Virus record (IMG/VR): IMGVR_UViG_3300029258_002378
Location: 1-53,745 of that record
Source: a virus
Lineage: Duplodnaviria > Caudoviricetes
Direction: 5' to 3' (one strand)
DNA length: 53,745 nt
A program made the position numbers and the translations under genes. Positions within the stretch are counted from its first letter, which is position 1, and each line of letters starts with the position of its first letter. This document shows positions 1-9,442 of this stretch, piece by piece. The notes under the pieces were generated by a model. It was given only the letters and a program-made list of their open reading frames with translations. It had not been told where the DNA came from and made no database searches.

Positions 1-144
1 AAAAGACTTTCAATTGCTCTCGCAATTTTTTAGTCAGTTTGAATGATTCGATTTCTCCCTGAGTGGGCACTGCACTGTCAAATAAGTGGACGGCTGTTTG
101 ATCCTTTGGGTTGGGGACAGTAACTCCTCGAAATCTGTATGATG
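1..144. repeat. Terminal direct repeat, left copy (circular-assembly overlap)
   Basis: Bases 1-144 are identical to 53602-53745, and the primase-helicase reading frame runs through the join. Confidence 0.95.
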
Positions 145-1543
145 TGTTACTTTTCAATCCATGCCCAGTAAAGTATGCGTTTCGCATTACGTATTGAGCG
201 GCGTGACTTTCAATAGTGGGAATGAGAATCAATTGCTCAACGTTGAACACTTTAACGGGTTCAACCTGCACGTTACACCCCGGTTTTGCGTTAAATCCCG
301 CAAGCTTTGCAAGGATCTTGTCGCGTGTTGTCCTCGGAATATCGATAAGTTCGAGAATACGTTCATTTGATGGGTCTAATGTAATCTCTCTAAACTCAGC
401 ATCAACTTCGGCCAGGGGACAGTCATCACAAGATTTATTACATGAAACGCGGTACGTTTCCGGTAAGTCATATGGTGCAGCTGACTTTCCCGATACAATT
501 GCATCAACTTCAATTCTTTTTCCAAACGTTGATGCTTCGCTAGCCATATCAAGTCGGACATGGACAAGCTCTTTGTTTACTTCTGTATTCTCGGGGTTTT
601 CAACAAGTAATGATGCACGGTGAATCCGTGTTAACCACCCCCCGGGATTTTGCATCTGGGGTTTGTTGTGAATCCAATCGCCAACGTCTTTACCGTACCG
701 TTTCGGAACCACTAATTTCTTAACGATGCCGGCAATGTCTCGTAATTCTCGAAATACTTTGGATTGCCCCTCCCGTCCCGCTTTGTCGTTATCATAGACG
801 AGTGTAACTTCAAGCCCCCGAAATTCGTTGTTGTATTGAGATGGCCATGATCGTGCACCCGCCGTGGATGTAACGGTGGGAATTCCCATCGATATAAGTG
901 CAAGTGCATCCCACTCCCCCTCACAGATGATAACATATCCCTCCTCTTTTGCATCAATCATTGCCCCGTATGGATACAGATGGGGAGGAGATCCGAATTT
1001 ACGTTTTTCCTGGGGGTCAGTATGGTTTATCATCTTGGGGAATTTCGGATCACCTCCCGCCAAATACAGTCGAGCATTGACAATGAGACCGTACTCATTG
1101 ATAACGGGGAAAACGAATCGCCGACCATTCCACCCAAGACGAAAACGTTTGATTGCTTCAATAGTTAAGTCTCTGTTGTGCAGCGCGTATCGTAATGCCA
1201 TCGGTGTATTGAGTAAAGCAGTATGCCACGCTTTTATTTTAGTGGGGGATATAATTGGCTGAATGTAGCGTACAAATAACTCGATGGCTGCCTGTTTCAG
1301 AGATAATCCTTCAACTTGGGCATGGAACGAAACAATCGATTTCCCCCCTTGCTCACATCCATGACAATACCATGCACCAGTTTTTGGATTAACATGCAAA
1401 CTTGGTGTTTTCTTATCATCGTGCAGTGGACATAACACACGGGGTTCAGTACTATCGTCAATCCATCGAATCTCTGGGAATGTATCGGTGTAATATTGCT
1501 TTGGATCAACAGTTGACTTTACATGGTGCACAAGTGAGGGCAT
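1..1543 (-). CDS. N-terminal half of DnaG-type primase / MCM helicase fusion (continues over the join to 52286; ~952 aa)
   Basis: Not in the ORF track because it runs off the edge. ATG at 1543 is in frame with 52286..53671. Manual translation gives a CHC2 zinc finger (CPLHDDKKTPS...WYCHGC), Toprim motifs (ICEGEWDA, VYDNDKAG, KDVGDW) and a second Cys cluster (CNKSCDDC). The frame was spot-checked at these motifs, not at every codon. Confidence 0.9.
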   Translation of the reverse strand, partial: MPSLVHHVKSTVDPKQYYTDTFPEIRWIDDSTEPRVLCPLHDDKKTPSLHVNPKTGAWYCHGCEQGGKSIVSFHAQVEGLSLKQAAIELFVRYIQPIISPTKIKAWHTALLNTPMALRYALHNRDLTIEAIKRFRLGWNGRRFVFPVINEYGLIVNARLYLAGGDPKFPKMINHTDPQEKRKFGSPPHLYPYGAMIDAKEEGYVIICEGEWDALALISMGIPTVTSTAGARSWPSQYNNEFRGLEVTLVYDNDKAGREGQSKVFRELRDIAGIVKKLVVPKRYGKDVGDWIHNKPQMQNPGGWLTRIHRASLLVENPENTEVNKELVHVRLDMASEASTFGKRIEVDAIVSGKSAAPYDLPETYRVSCNKSCDDCPLAEVDAEFREITLDPSNERILELIDIPRTTRDKILAKLAGFNAKPGCNVQVEPVKVFNVEQLILIPTIESHAAQYVMRNAYFTGHGLKSNTSYRFRGVTVPNPKDQTAVHLFDSAVPTQGEIESFKLTKKLREQLKVF

Positions 1544-1634
1544 AGACCTTGACCCTTCTTAATCTGAAAATGACGTCCCCCCGCTCTAGTGAACGGGGGA
1601 ACATCATACTGCTACAAGGCAGCTGGAGAGAAAA

Positions 1635-2603
1635 TCACTTGGTCTTTGCCTTGCACTCCTTGATAAGCGTCAGTACTTTGTCAAACGACCCGGCGACTTC
1701 GAGATGTTCAGCAATGTCACAGAGCAAGTCTACATAGGACTCGTAGTCGTAGGGATCGAACTCATGCGATGTGGCGAGTGTCTTGATCGCCTTCTTCTGG
1801 GAAGCGTTCAAGTCATCATCGGTAAACGAGACTTCTACGGTGCCGTCACCGCCGTCACCCTCGTCTTCCTCTTCGTCTTCGCCGTCATCGCCCCCACTTT
1901 CCTCCTCTTCGCCCTCTTCGACTTTCAGATCGTCGATGGGGTATTCGCCTTCGTCGCCGTCATCAAACGCGACGCTGACAGTTCCTTCCTTATCGTTAAT
2001 CCCGTTGATCTCGCCAGTGTAGTCGGCTCCGTCGATTTCAACAACGCAGCGATGACCAATTTCCCAGCCATCCTCTTCGCCGTCTTCCTCTTCGTTTTCG
2101 CTGTCATCACTCCAATCTTCGAGATCCTCGGCATCAACGTCATCGCTGTCAAGCGCTCGGTTAAAGTAGACGTTCTGAATGTCCGAGTCGCCCTTTGTGC
2201 GAGCAGTTACTTCGGCAAATGTGCCAATGACCTCCTCTTCGAGCATGTCGGGAATGTCGGTCGCTTTTTCCGGCCAGTCGATGCCGAGTCGTGCGAGTCC
2301 GCCCCTGAACCACCCGAGATTCGTCTCATCTTCCATACCGTCGTGCTTGAACAGCATTCGCCCTTTGTGTTCGCCACTGACGATCTTCATCTGCCATGAA
2401 CACTGGAAACGGCCCGATGATTTGCTGTGATTAAGTACTGCGGCAGTAATCTGAACTTGGTAGCGTCCATCGGGGATGTCTCCAAATGACGATTCCTCGA
2501 CATCACCCCAGACGCCTTCGAGTTCCTCGAGCGACGACATTACGTCCACTGTTCCGTGCTCGTCGCCCTTTTTCACTGCCTTTTTTCGTGCTTTCTTGGC
2601 CAT
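1635..2603 (-). CDS. DUF669-like single-stranded DNA-binding protein with acidic linkers and an internal Tudor-like domain
   Basis: FGDIPDGRYQVQI...GEHKGRMLF pattern; lies next to a Sak4-like ATPase; SD AAGGAG precedes ATG 2603; Tudor-like segment WEIGHRC...VAFDDGD. Confidence 0.75.
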   Translation of the reverse strand: MAKKARKKAVKKGDEHGTVDVMSSLEELEGVWGDVEESSFGDIPDGRYQVQITAAVLNHSKSSGRFQCSWQMKIVSGEHKGRMLFKHDGMEDETNLGWFRGGLARLGIDWPEKATDIPDMLEEEVIGTFAEVTARTKGDSDIQNVYFNRALDSDDVDAEDLEDWSDDSENEEEDGEEDGWEIGHRCVVEIDGADYTGEINGINDKEGTVSVAFDDGDEGEYPIDDLKVEEGEEEESGGDDGEDEEEDEGDGGDGTVEVSFTDDDLNASQKKAIKTLATSHEFDPYDYESYVDLLCDIAEHLEVAGSFDKVLTLIKECKAKTK

Positions 2604-3369
2604 TAGGATTGGCTCCTTCAAACGTTTGAATGAACTTAGCGCCATCGAGTAATTCACGTTCCGAGCGACGCCTACTCGTTACGCGATCCTTTGCATAGAG
2701 ACTTTCACTTGGATTAGTTATGAGTACACGTACCTCCTGGCGTTTGCCACCAACTTTAATTGACTTAAATCCACAATATCCGATCAAATCACAGAGGGGA
2801 ATGAGCACATTCCATGCTGTTTTCGATAACGCCGGCATTGTTCGCTCGAGTTGTATAGATTTCGTGCGAACTGTTTTTATTGTTTCGTGGGCAATAAACA
2901 CAACACCAAGGTCAAGTTTCAGAAGCAATTGGATATATGCGTGCATGGTTTTCCGAAACGCCGCCCACCCTTTACCGTATTCCGCATCGGACAATGCTTC
3001 AATTCCGAGTTGATCGCATACATGATCTTCACAGATATTTGCAAAGTCATCGACATGGTCAATAGCGATCATGTTATATGGTTTACATGCACCCGGCTTC
3101 GTCAATGCTCGTGCCACTTTCATAAAATCCTCAAACTTGTGACACTCAACTCGCATCGCTGAAACGAATCGTGTTCCCCTGTCTGTTGATAGGAACAGCA
3201 CCCGCCCCAAATCTTTAACGAATGTCGTTTTGCCTACGCCTGGTGGACCATAGAACATCGTAATGTAATCGGTTATCGATGTCGCTACGAACGATGGTTC
3301 TGTGGGTAATTTGAATCCACTAGGCTTTACTCCCCTTTTCTTTGCAGTTATTTTCTTTCGTGGCGGCAT
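2503..3369 (-). CDS. Sak4-like / AAA_24 P-loop ATPase (recombination, ssDNA annealing)
   Basis: Walker A YGPPGVGKTT, Walker B IAIDH, YGKGW and VVFIAHE motifs; lies between nuclease and SSB. Confidence 0.85.
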   Translation of the reverse strand: MPPRKKITAKKRGVKPSGFKLPTEPSFVATSITDYITMFYGPPGVGKTTFVKDLGRVLFLSTDRGTRFVSAMRVECHKFEDFMKVARALTKPGACKPYNMIAIDHVDDFANICEDHVCDQLGIEALSDAEYGKGWAAFRKTMHAYIQLLLKLDLGVVFIAHETIKTVRTKSIQLERTMPALSKTAWNVLIPLCDLIGYCGFKSIKVGGKRQEVRVLITNPSESLYAKDRVTSRRRSERELLDGAKFIQTFEGANPNGQESTKKGSEKGRRARNSGRNVVARGTRRRLG

Positions 3370-3722
3370 TATTTGGCCCTTCGCTTTCGGATAATGGGTT
3401 CAGCAATTAACTGACGCGGTAAGAAAATGCCAACAATCGCTTTCTGGCGACGGAAGGCAACGAATCGAATTTGAATCTGCATTCCACTAATGCTGAACAT
3501 GACAGCTTCACGGAGGAGAATCGTCTCGGATCGCTTGTGCAGCGATAACCATACAGTGATATCCGTACGATCATATCCGTTATACATCCCCAGCACTTTA
3601 ATGATGCAGTAGGGAAGGTTATCGTTGTTCTTTGCTTTTACGATAACTCGATCACCGATGGTCATTGGGCGAATCATGCTTCCATTACTTCCTCGTAGTC
3701 GCCGCTCAACTCTTCGTGCCAA
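3369..3722 (-). CDS. Hypothetical beta-rich protein (start uncertain)
   Basis: Fills the gap between nuclease and ATPase, with a stop/start overlap at 3369. Confidence 0.5.
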   Translation of the reverse strand: MARRVERRLRGSNGSMIRPMTIGDRVIVKAKNNDNLPYCIIKVLGMYNGYDRTDITVWLSLHKRSETILLREAVMFSISGMQIQIRFVAFRRQKAIVGIFLPRQLIAEPIIRKRRAK

Positions 3723-4738
3723 TCGCTATGTTGCTCGAACAACATACCCGTCCCACGATCAAGACCCGTCGTACATACCTCGAGGTACGGACACGTCCTG
3801 AAAAACGCAGAGCATTCGGCATCATCTGGTCCCCACGATCGGGGATCAAGCGGATCACTTCCGTTGATAATCGCCATGAACTCAGCATGTGTTTGTCGCA
3901 CTTCGTACTCGAACGCATCGATGTCTGATTTGTTGAATTTCAACGGCTGCCTGAAGAAATAGAAGTCAGGACGTGCTTCATAATCTTCAGCAATGCGAGC
4001 ATTGAAGGCATCTGCTGTTTCTCCGGATTTTCGACGCAAGCTGCATTTACGGACGACATCATACAATACTTCATTAACACGAAGTCCAAGACCTTGTGTT
4101 GCGCCGAATACGTAAGAACGAACTTGCGTATCCATTGGCAATCGAGTAATGTATGCCTCACTGATTTTCCTTGCTGTCTTGTGTTCCACAACTGTGTAGC
4201 ATTTTGCTTGTGGCTTAAGCAGCGTCACAAGGTCGATTTTGCCGGCGTAATCGAAGTCACCCATATCAACACGGAACTCGACTTCGACTAACTTGCGATT
4301 GATCGTCCAAATCCTGCGATCATCAGCATATGTGTGAGCATAGCCAAATAGCATTCCGTACAGCGCTTGGATTTCGGCGGATAATTTTTCAAAGTCATCG
4401 GGATTGTAAAGTGCCGATTGCTCGCGTGCTTCTGTCCATGCGGGATCGATGCGCCGCCGTGCAATACGTGTCATCCTTGCACGATTGCTACTGTACCAAT
4501 CCCCTATACACCAGTGAAACAAACCGCCAATGAGAAGTGCATTATCGGGGATACGCTTTCGCAATCCCATTACGTACTTCCAGAAGAACTTACGCTTACA
4601 TCGCCGAAACAATTTGATGGCACTTGATGTCCAGCAGATTCGTTTCGGCAATACGGGCGATTTGAACTGATGCTCACCAATCAATTGTCGAAGTTTGAGA
4701 GTTCGAGACACGTTTTTGCTCCAGTAAAGCGGAAACAT
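3674..4738 (-). CDS. PD-(D/E)XK RecB/Cas4-like exonuclease
   Basis: SSAIKLFRRCKRKF N-terminus, EVEF...GKIDLV...VEHKT catalytic motifs, QVRSY motif, C-terminal Cys cluster. Confidence 0.85.
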   Translation of the reverse strand: MFPLYWSKNVSRTLKLRQLIGEHQFKSPVLPKRICWTSSAIKLFRRCKRKFFWKYVMGLRKRIPDNALLIGGLFHWCIGDWYSSNRARMTRIARRRIDPAWTEAREQSALYNPDDFEKLSAEIQALYGMLFGYAHTYADDRRIWTINRKLVEVEFRVDMGDFDYAGKIDLVTLLKPQAKCYTVVEHKTARKISEAYITRLPMDTQVRSYVFGATQGLGLRVNEVLYDVVRKCSLRRKSGETADAFNARIAEDYEARPDFYFFRQPLKFNKSDIDAFEYEVRQTHAEFMAIINGSDPLDPRSWGPDDAECSAFFRTCPYLEVCTTGLDRGTGMLFEQHSDWHEELSGDYEEVMEA

Positions 4739-4772
4739 AAATCATAACATAAGGGGTACGATTTGAAAACCC

Positions 4773-6152
4773 TCATTTTAGAATCTCGCGAATACGGTGT
4801 CCATTTTTCAGTTGATCAAGTATGAAGGTGGCAATTGACATCTTATTGCCAATGCACTCTAATACTTTTTCATCCACTGATCCCTCCGTGATAAGGTCGA
4901 CATACGTAATAGCCTTGTGTCGTTCAGATCCGATTCGACGTGTTCTTCGCATTGACTGCTGTCGAGATACTACTTTGTGTGAATTGCTATAATACACGGC
5001 AGAATCAGCGACAACTAATTCATTCATGCCCACACCCGAATCAACTTGTCCGATGAACAGACGTACTGTAGGATCGTCTCTAAAGCGTATACGAGCGTTC
5101 TCTTTCTCTCGACGCTTCGATCCCATGAATTGCACAGTGGAAATCCCCCTATTTTGTGCAATTCGAGCAATACGAACGATTTCCGCAGTAAATGAACACC
5201 AGATTACAATTTTTGGTTTGATCCCCAGATAATAGGGGTTTTCGAGAAGGTCAAATAGTACATCCAATTTCGGGCATGGGAATTCATGGGTATCGTGATT
5301 CTCATCGTACAGAAATCCCGATGCGACTTGTCTCAATTTCGCAACTTGAGTGACAATGTAGTCGACTTCAATAATACTCCCCCCATTAAGCACTGTTTCA
5401 AACTCCGTAAGAATCTCCTCGTAGTGAATTCGCTGCGTCCGATGCATTGGTGCACTCTTACGATAGCGTCGTATAGGGGGCAGTGTAAGAACATCATCTT
5501 CATGCACATGGAACGATATTGCTGGGAGTTTTGAAGCAATCTCATCCTTCGCCTTTTTTCGTGGATACCAGCCGGGACCTGATTGTAAATAGTAACGTTG
5601 TTTAAAATACCATTGGGAGTTGCCAAACGTTTGACCGTTATCGATGAATAACGCTTGGGAGAATACATCCATCACTTCGTTTGTGATGGGTGAACCAGTC
5701 AATGCTAACCGACGTTTAATGTGGCGTGTTGCACGTATGACTGCTTTCGTTCGTTTCGATTCCCACCGCTTTATCATATGAGATTCATCGGCAATTACGG
5801 TATTGAACGGTGAGTGTTTAATCCACTCGTAAATGACCGAGTTCTTGACGAGATCATACGTAACAAAGAACCACTTGACACCAAAGTCGGACATTGCATT
5901 AATTTGATTGAGGCGATGAGCGCCGCTTTGAATGAACTCCATTTGGTGCCGTTCGACGCCTTCTAACTTCAATTCCGTATTCCACGTCAAGAAATCATCA
6001 CGTCGGCAAATAACAAGGATGGGCCCAATCGCTGCACGTATCGCTACAAGCGTCTTGCCTGTTCCCGGTGCCATGAACAATCCCGCCTTACCGCCCTTTT
6101 TTCTCACGAATGTTAGCGCGTCTCTTTGATGTTGCTTTGCTTTTCGTGCCAT
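4773..6152 (-). CDS. SNF2-family (SF2) helicase
   Basis: MAPGTGKT, IADESH, ALTGSP, GVGMN and QSMRRTRRIG motifs. Confidence 0.9.
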   Translation of the reverse strand: MARKAKQHQRDALTFVRKKGGKAGLFMAPGTGKTLVAIRAAIGPILVICRRDDFLTWNTELKLEGVERHQMEFIQSGAHRLNQINAMSDFGVKWFFVTYDLVKNSVIYEWIKHSPFNTVIADESHMIKRWESKRTKAVIRATRHIKRRLALTGSPITNEVMDVFSQALFIDNGQTFGNSQWYFKQRYYLQSGPGWYPRKKAKDEIASKLPAISFHVHEDDVLTLPPIRRYRKSAPMHRTQRIHYEEILTEFETVLNGGSIIEVDYIVTQVAKLRQVASGFLYDENHDTHEFPCPKLDVLFDLLENPYYLGIKPKIVIWCSFTAEIVRIARIAQNRGISTVQFMGSKRREKENARIRFRDDPTVRLFIGQVDSGVGMNELVVADSAVYYSNSHKVVSRQQSMRRTRRIGSERHKAITYVDLITEGSVDEKVLECIGNKMSIATFILDQLKNGHRIREILK

Positions 6153-6765
6153 GCATTTTACTCTGCCGCTTTAACATAGCGGCCATTTCGTCTTTGTTGA
6201 TTGTGGGTGTTGGATCAACCACTGTAGCGTTTAACCAAATACGATCATATAAGCGGATAAGTGACTTTGGTGTCGTGGTCAACAAACATGAGAAGTCATC
6301 CCACCCAGATCCTGTGAAATTGTGACCGCCAACAATGGAGAAAATGGAGTCTTTTGTATTGAGCGGCTCGCATATGACACACTTTAAATGCGTCTTTGTT
6401 ACTAGTCGCCATTCGATACCTCGGTACTGATCTGCAAATAGTCGAATATGATTCCATGTTTCGTCGGTGATGCCGTCAGAGCACCCAACAAGAAATCGAT
6501 GCATTTTACCAATCGGAGACCGACTATTGATTGCAGTAAGAATACTTTCACCACCCCACCATTGCCCTATGCCGAATGACGAAATGCTAACACGACGCCA
6601 GCCACGTACATGAGTGACAAGCGACAGTACCATGTCGTTATACTCTTCAATCGTTGTTGCTGACTGTCGCACTTGGCTATCCTTGTATCTTCGGCAGATA
6701 GTCACGGACGTGACTGATAATATTACGAATCTCAGCATCGGCATATTCACTGCAACGCATAGCAA
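6088..6765 (-). CDS. PLD-like (HKD) nuclease-domain protein (true start probably downstream of 6765)
   Basis: THLKCVI...IVGGHNFT resembles the HxK...GSxN motif of PLD-family nucleases. Confidence 0.55.
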   Translation of the reverse strand: MLCVAVNMPMLRFVILSVTSVTICRRYKDSQVRQSATTIEEYNDMVLSLVTHVRGWRRVSISSFGIGQWWGGESILTAINSRSPIGKMHRFLVGCSDGITDETWNHIRLFADQYRGIEWRLVTKTHLKCVICEPLNTKDSIFSIVGGHNFTGSGWDDFSCLLTTTPKSLIRLYDRIWLNATVVDPTPTINKDEMAAMLKRQSKMHGTKSKATSKRRANIREKKGR

Positions 6766-7708
6766 TAATGTGTTGCCATTGACTTAGTGTTGCACTGAAG
6801 ACAAGTTGTGTCGCCATTGCGTTTGGCAGTACGCCGCGGGCCGCACCGCGAGCTTCTTTCCGAGTATGGCCTTGCACTTCAAGTTGATTCGCTAGTCTCA
6901 TGTATAGCGACTGTGACGCTTCATTAATCGCAAGCGGACCATTGTCGTTCGCAACCGTGAAGTCGGCGTCGCCAAGCAGTGGATGCCAACACATCTCCGC
7001 GTCCGATTCGTCACAGTATCGTGTACTGCGTTGGGAAATTGCTGTCCAATCGCCGTGGCGTACAAGTTCATGGGAAAAACCACGTGATCCCTTGAACCAG
7101 AACGTGAACCAAATTTCACTCATCGCTTTCGGGGGAACGAGACGTGACCATTGTTGTATGTCAAGACGGAATTGCCCCTGTGGGGGATTGAGGATTACAC
7201 GTGGCGCAATCTTGTTCCCCCAGAATTGCAGATATGTTCCAATCACTTTTGCCTCTGAGGGCCATAACGTCGTCCGCTCTTCCCATTCGAGGATCGCACG
7301 CAGATTTACGGAGAAGCGTATACCGGCTTCCTCAATTGCAGTGACAAAAATACCTGGACGGTTAAGCAAACATGGAACGAACGCTGGCCATTGGTTGCTT
7401 TTCCCATGCAGTTGCAATGTGAAGTTTGCATGTTCGTAAATGGACAGGTGGCCAATGTCAAGTATGTGCTGATGAAACTCGGCTGAAGACCGCCCTTTAC
7501 CAATTGAATCGTAACATACTCGACCAGCGATTTCGGACACAATTTCAGCGGGTGTACCAATACATTGGTCATCACGAGGTTTTCCCATTTGTGGGGGACA
7601 GATTACTTCCTTGTCGATGTTCGATCCAATGGGGCAAACATCTTCATGGAGGGGTATTGCGTCCTCATTCTTGTGTTGATCAGTAATTAAGCCACTCATG
7701 TCGTTCAT
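6677..7708 (-). CDS. thyX: FAD-dependent thymidylate synthase ThyX
   Basis: AGRVCYDS, GHLSIYEH, SHELVRH...SQRSTRY and ARGVLP motifs. Confidence 0.92.
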   Translation of the reverse strand: MNDMSGLITDQHKNEDAIPLHEDVCPIGSNIDKEVICPPQMGKPRDDQCIGTPAEIVSEIAGRVCYDSIGKGRSSAEFHQHILDIGHLSIYEHANFTLQLHGKSNQWPAFVPCLLNRPGIFVTAIEEAGIRFSVNLRAILEWEERTTLWPSEAKVIGTYLQFWGNKIAPRVILNPPQGQFRLDIQQWSRLVPPKAMSEIWFTFWFKGSRGFSHELVRHGDWTAISQRSTRYCDESDAEMCWHPLLGDADFTVANDNGPLAINEASQSLYMRLANQLEVQGHTRKEARGAARGVLPNAMATQLVFSATLSQWQHIIAMRCSEYADAEIRNIISHVRDYLPKIQG

Positions 7709-7864
7709 GCCTCTATTTCCCAGTCGAAGACTGTAACAATTTGACGTTGTCCATCATCCCAGTAAACAATAGTGTATGTCTCTCCTTCTATGTCAGTGTT
7801 AAGCCCAATGATTCAAGCATTTATATCAACGGCAATAACTCGTACGGAGTCACCGATGTCACAC

Positions 7865-8326
7865 TTATACGTTATCTTCTTCTCCGGCATTAGAGATTGA
7901 TTCCCCTGATTCACCAGTTGTTTCAAGTTGAGGTAATGGAAGATACGCCGGCAGTTTACATCCAAGGGTTTCACAACGATGGCGAATCATCTCATCAACG
8001 ACTTTGGCGATACCGTCAACAATTGACTTGTGCCGCCCATCATCATAACCGAATCGGTGGTGCAATAGTTTACTTCGCACTTTTTCCCATGGCACACCGT
8101 ATTGAAGTGCAATGGATGTAATGGTGACAAGTGCATCTGTTAGTCCGCTGATTTCAGTTCCCTCCTTGGCAATCGAGATGAATATTTCCGCGGGCTCAGT
8201 TTCGTAACCCTCTTCTTCAAAAAACGAGACAGTTGTGAATGTTTTATAGCCACATATAGAGCGCTTGTGTGTTATGCTCCCCCGACTTTCAGGTAAGTGT
8301 GTTCTTTGTGGTTCATAAATCGTCAT
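7865..8326 (-). CDS. Stand-alone TSCPD-type domain (resembles the C-terminal part of class II ribonucleotide reductase)
   Basis: PAEIFISIAKEG...SIALQYGVP...SIVDGIAK; SD-like GAAAGG before ATG 8326. Confidence 0.7.
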   Translation of the reverse strand: MTIYEPQRTHLPESRGSITHKRSICGYKTFTTVSFFEEEGYETEPAEIFISIAKEGTEISGLTDALVTITSIALQYGVPWEKVRSKLLHHRFGYDDGRHKSIVDGIAKVVDEMIRHRCETLGCKLPAYLPLPQLETTGESGESISNAGEEDNV

Positions 8327-8813
8327 TTTCGTCTGTGCCTTTCTTCGTTTGGTGCTCGAAAACACGATGTAAAAAGTTGGTAATGATGCTGAGCGATGTT
8401 CTTGTAATTTTGGCAAGTGTCTCAGGATCATTTATCAAGTCAGGTGACTGTTGTAGTTCATTGATGATACGTATTTCTCCTATTGCCGTAGGCATTGGAT
8501 AATCGCTCATATGCCCTGTTTTCCACAGAAATATGGCCGCTTGTTTAAGTCGGTGTCGCACAGCGCCCTCAGACATTCGGAATTTCATAGCGAGCTTAGC
8601 AATTGTCATCTCGCCTGTATATTCCTCGAATAGCTCGACGCTTACATCAAGTGGCTTTATTTCCCGTTTGGGGGGCGGTAATCCAAGTCGGCGAAGATGG
8701 TTGTATACAGTGACTGTCGATACGCCAAGTGCTGTTGCTACTTCAAGTACTGTCGATGCTTTCCGAACTTCACGCTTGAATCGTCCATCTGTGAATGTCC
8801 GCGGTCGTGACAT
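8313..8813 (-). CDS. Multi-HTH DNA-binding protein
   Basis: TVLEVATALGVSTVTVYNHL and TIAKLAMKFRMSEGAVRHRL are HTH-like; a third HTH-like segment lies at the C-terminus. Confidence 0.75.
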   Translation of the reverse strand: MSRPRTFTDGRFKREVRKASTVLEVATALGVSTVTVYNHLRRLGLPPPKREIKPLDVSVELFEEYTGEMTIAKLAMKFRMSEGAVRHRLKQAAIFLWKTGHMSDYPMPTAIGEIRIINELQQSPDLINDPETLAKITRTSLSIITNFLHRVFEHQTKKGTDENDDL

Positions 8814-8899
8814 ACTATGCCTTCTCTGATCCACTTAGCCATGAAATCATTACTTTACGTTGTCGGCAACGCTCATCGGGTGTAAGTGATCGCCACCAC

Positions 8900-9442
8900 T
8901 TACGAATCTTTTTGTGCTCGTTTTTCGTGGTCTGTTGGTGTTTCCTCTGTTGAGCGGCGTAATGTCGTTTCAGCAATTTCACTGTACGTTGATTCAAGCA
9001 CGTCCCTTTCTTGGTTAAGATTACGGTTTTCTGGATTGGCTTTTTCTGCTGAGAATTTGTCACCATATCGTGTCCGAAGTTTGGCGATGTTCTGCGCCCA
9101 CAAATCATGGATAGTGATACTACGTGAACGGCAGTACAGGGTAACATACCATAACAAATCACCAAACTCTTCGTCGAGATTCGGTATATCTGGTGGTATA
9201 TCGTAAAAAATTGCCTTTTTTACCACGTCCATCATCTCGCCTGATTCAGTGGCGCAACCAATTATTGCGTGCAGCATATCACGACTTATACGTTTGACCT
9301 GAAAATGAGGCGAGCACAGTTGGCCGACAACATATGAGTGCTGGGCGAATGTCGCTTGGGGTGTTTGTCCTTCGGGCATAAAAATGGGCCCTTTCCCTGC
9401 AATATGTATGCTAAGCTCGAAATGTTTAACGGGGCTGAACAT
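8900..9442 (-). CDS. MazG-like nucleotide pyrophosphohydrolase
   Basis: GCATESGEMMDVVKK...EEFGDLLWY...NIAKLRTRY. Confidence 0.88.
   Translation of the reverse strand: MFSPVKHFELSIHIAGKGPIFMPEGQTPQATFAQHSYVVGQLCSPHFQVKRISRDMLHAIIGCATESGEMMDVVKKAIFYDIPPDIPNLDEEFGDLLWYVTLYCRSRSITIHDLWAQNIAKLRTRYGDKFSAEKANPENRNLNQERDVLESTYSEIAETTLRRSTEETPTDHEKRAQKDS

Noticed and set aside
161-2430. Plus-strand ORFs over the primase and SSB (e.g. 216..623, 864..1262, 1704..2399) and similar antisense ORFs genome-wide
   Set aside because: They are shadows of well-supported genes on the opposite strand and carry no motifs.
3674-4738. Cas4-like nuclease as part of a CRISPR-Cas system
   Set aside because: No other cas genes or array are present; nuclease-Sak4-SSB is a standard phage recombination module.
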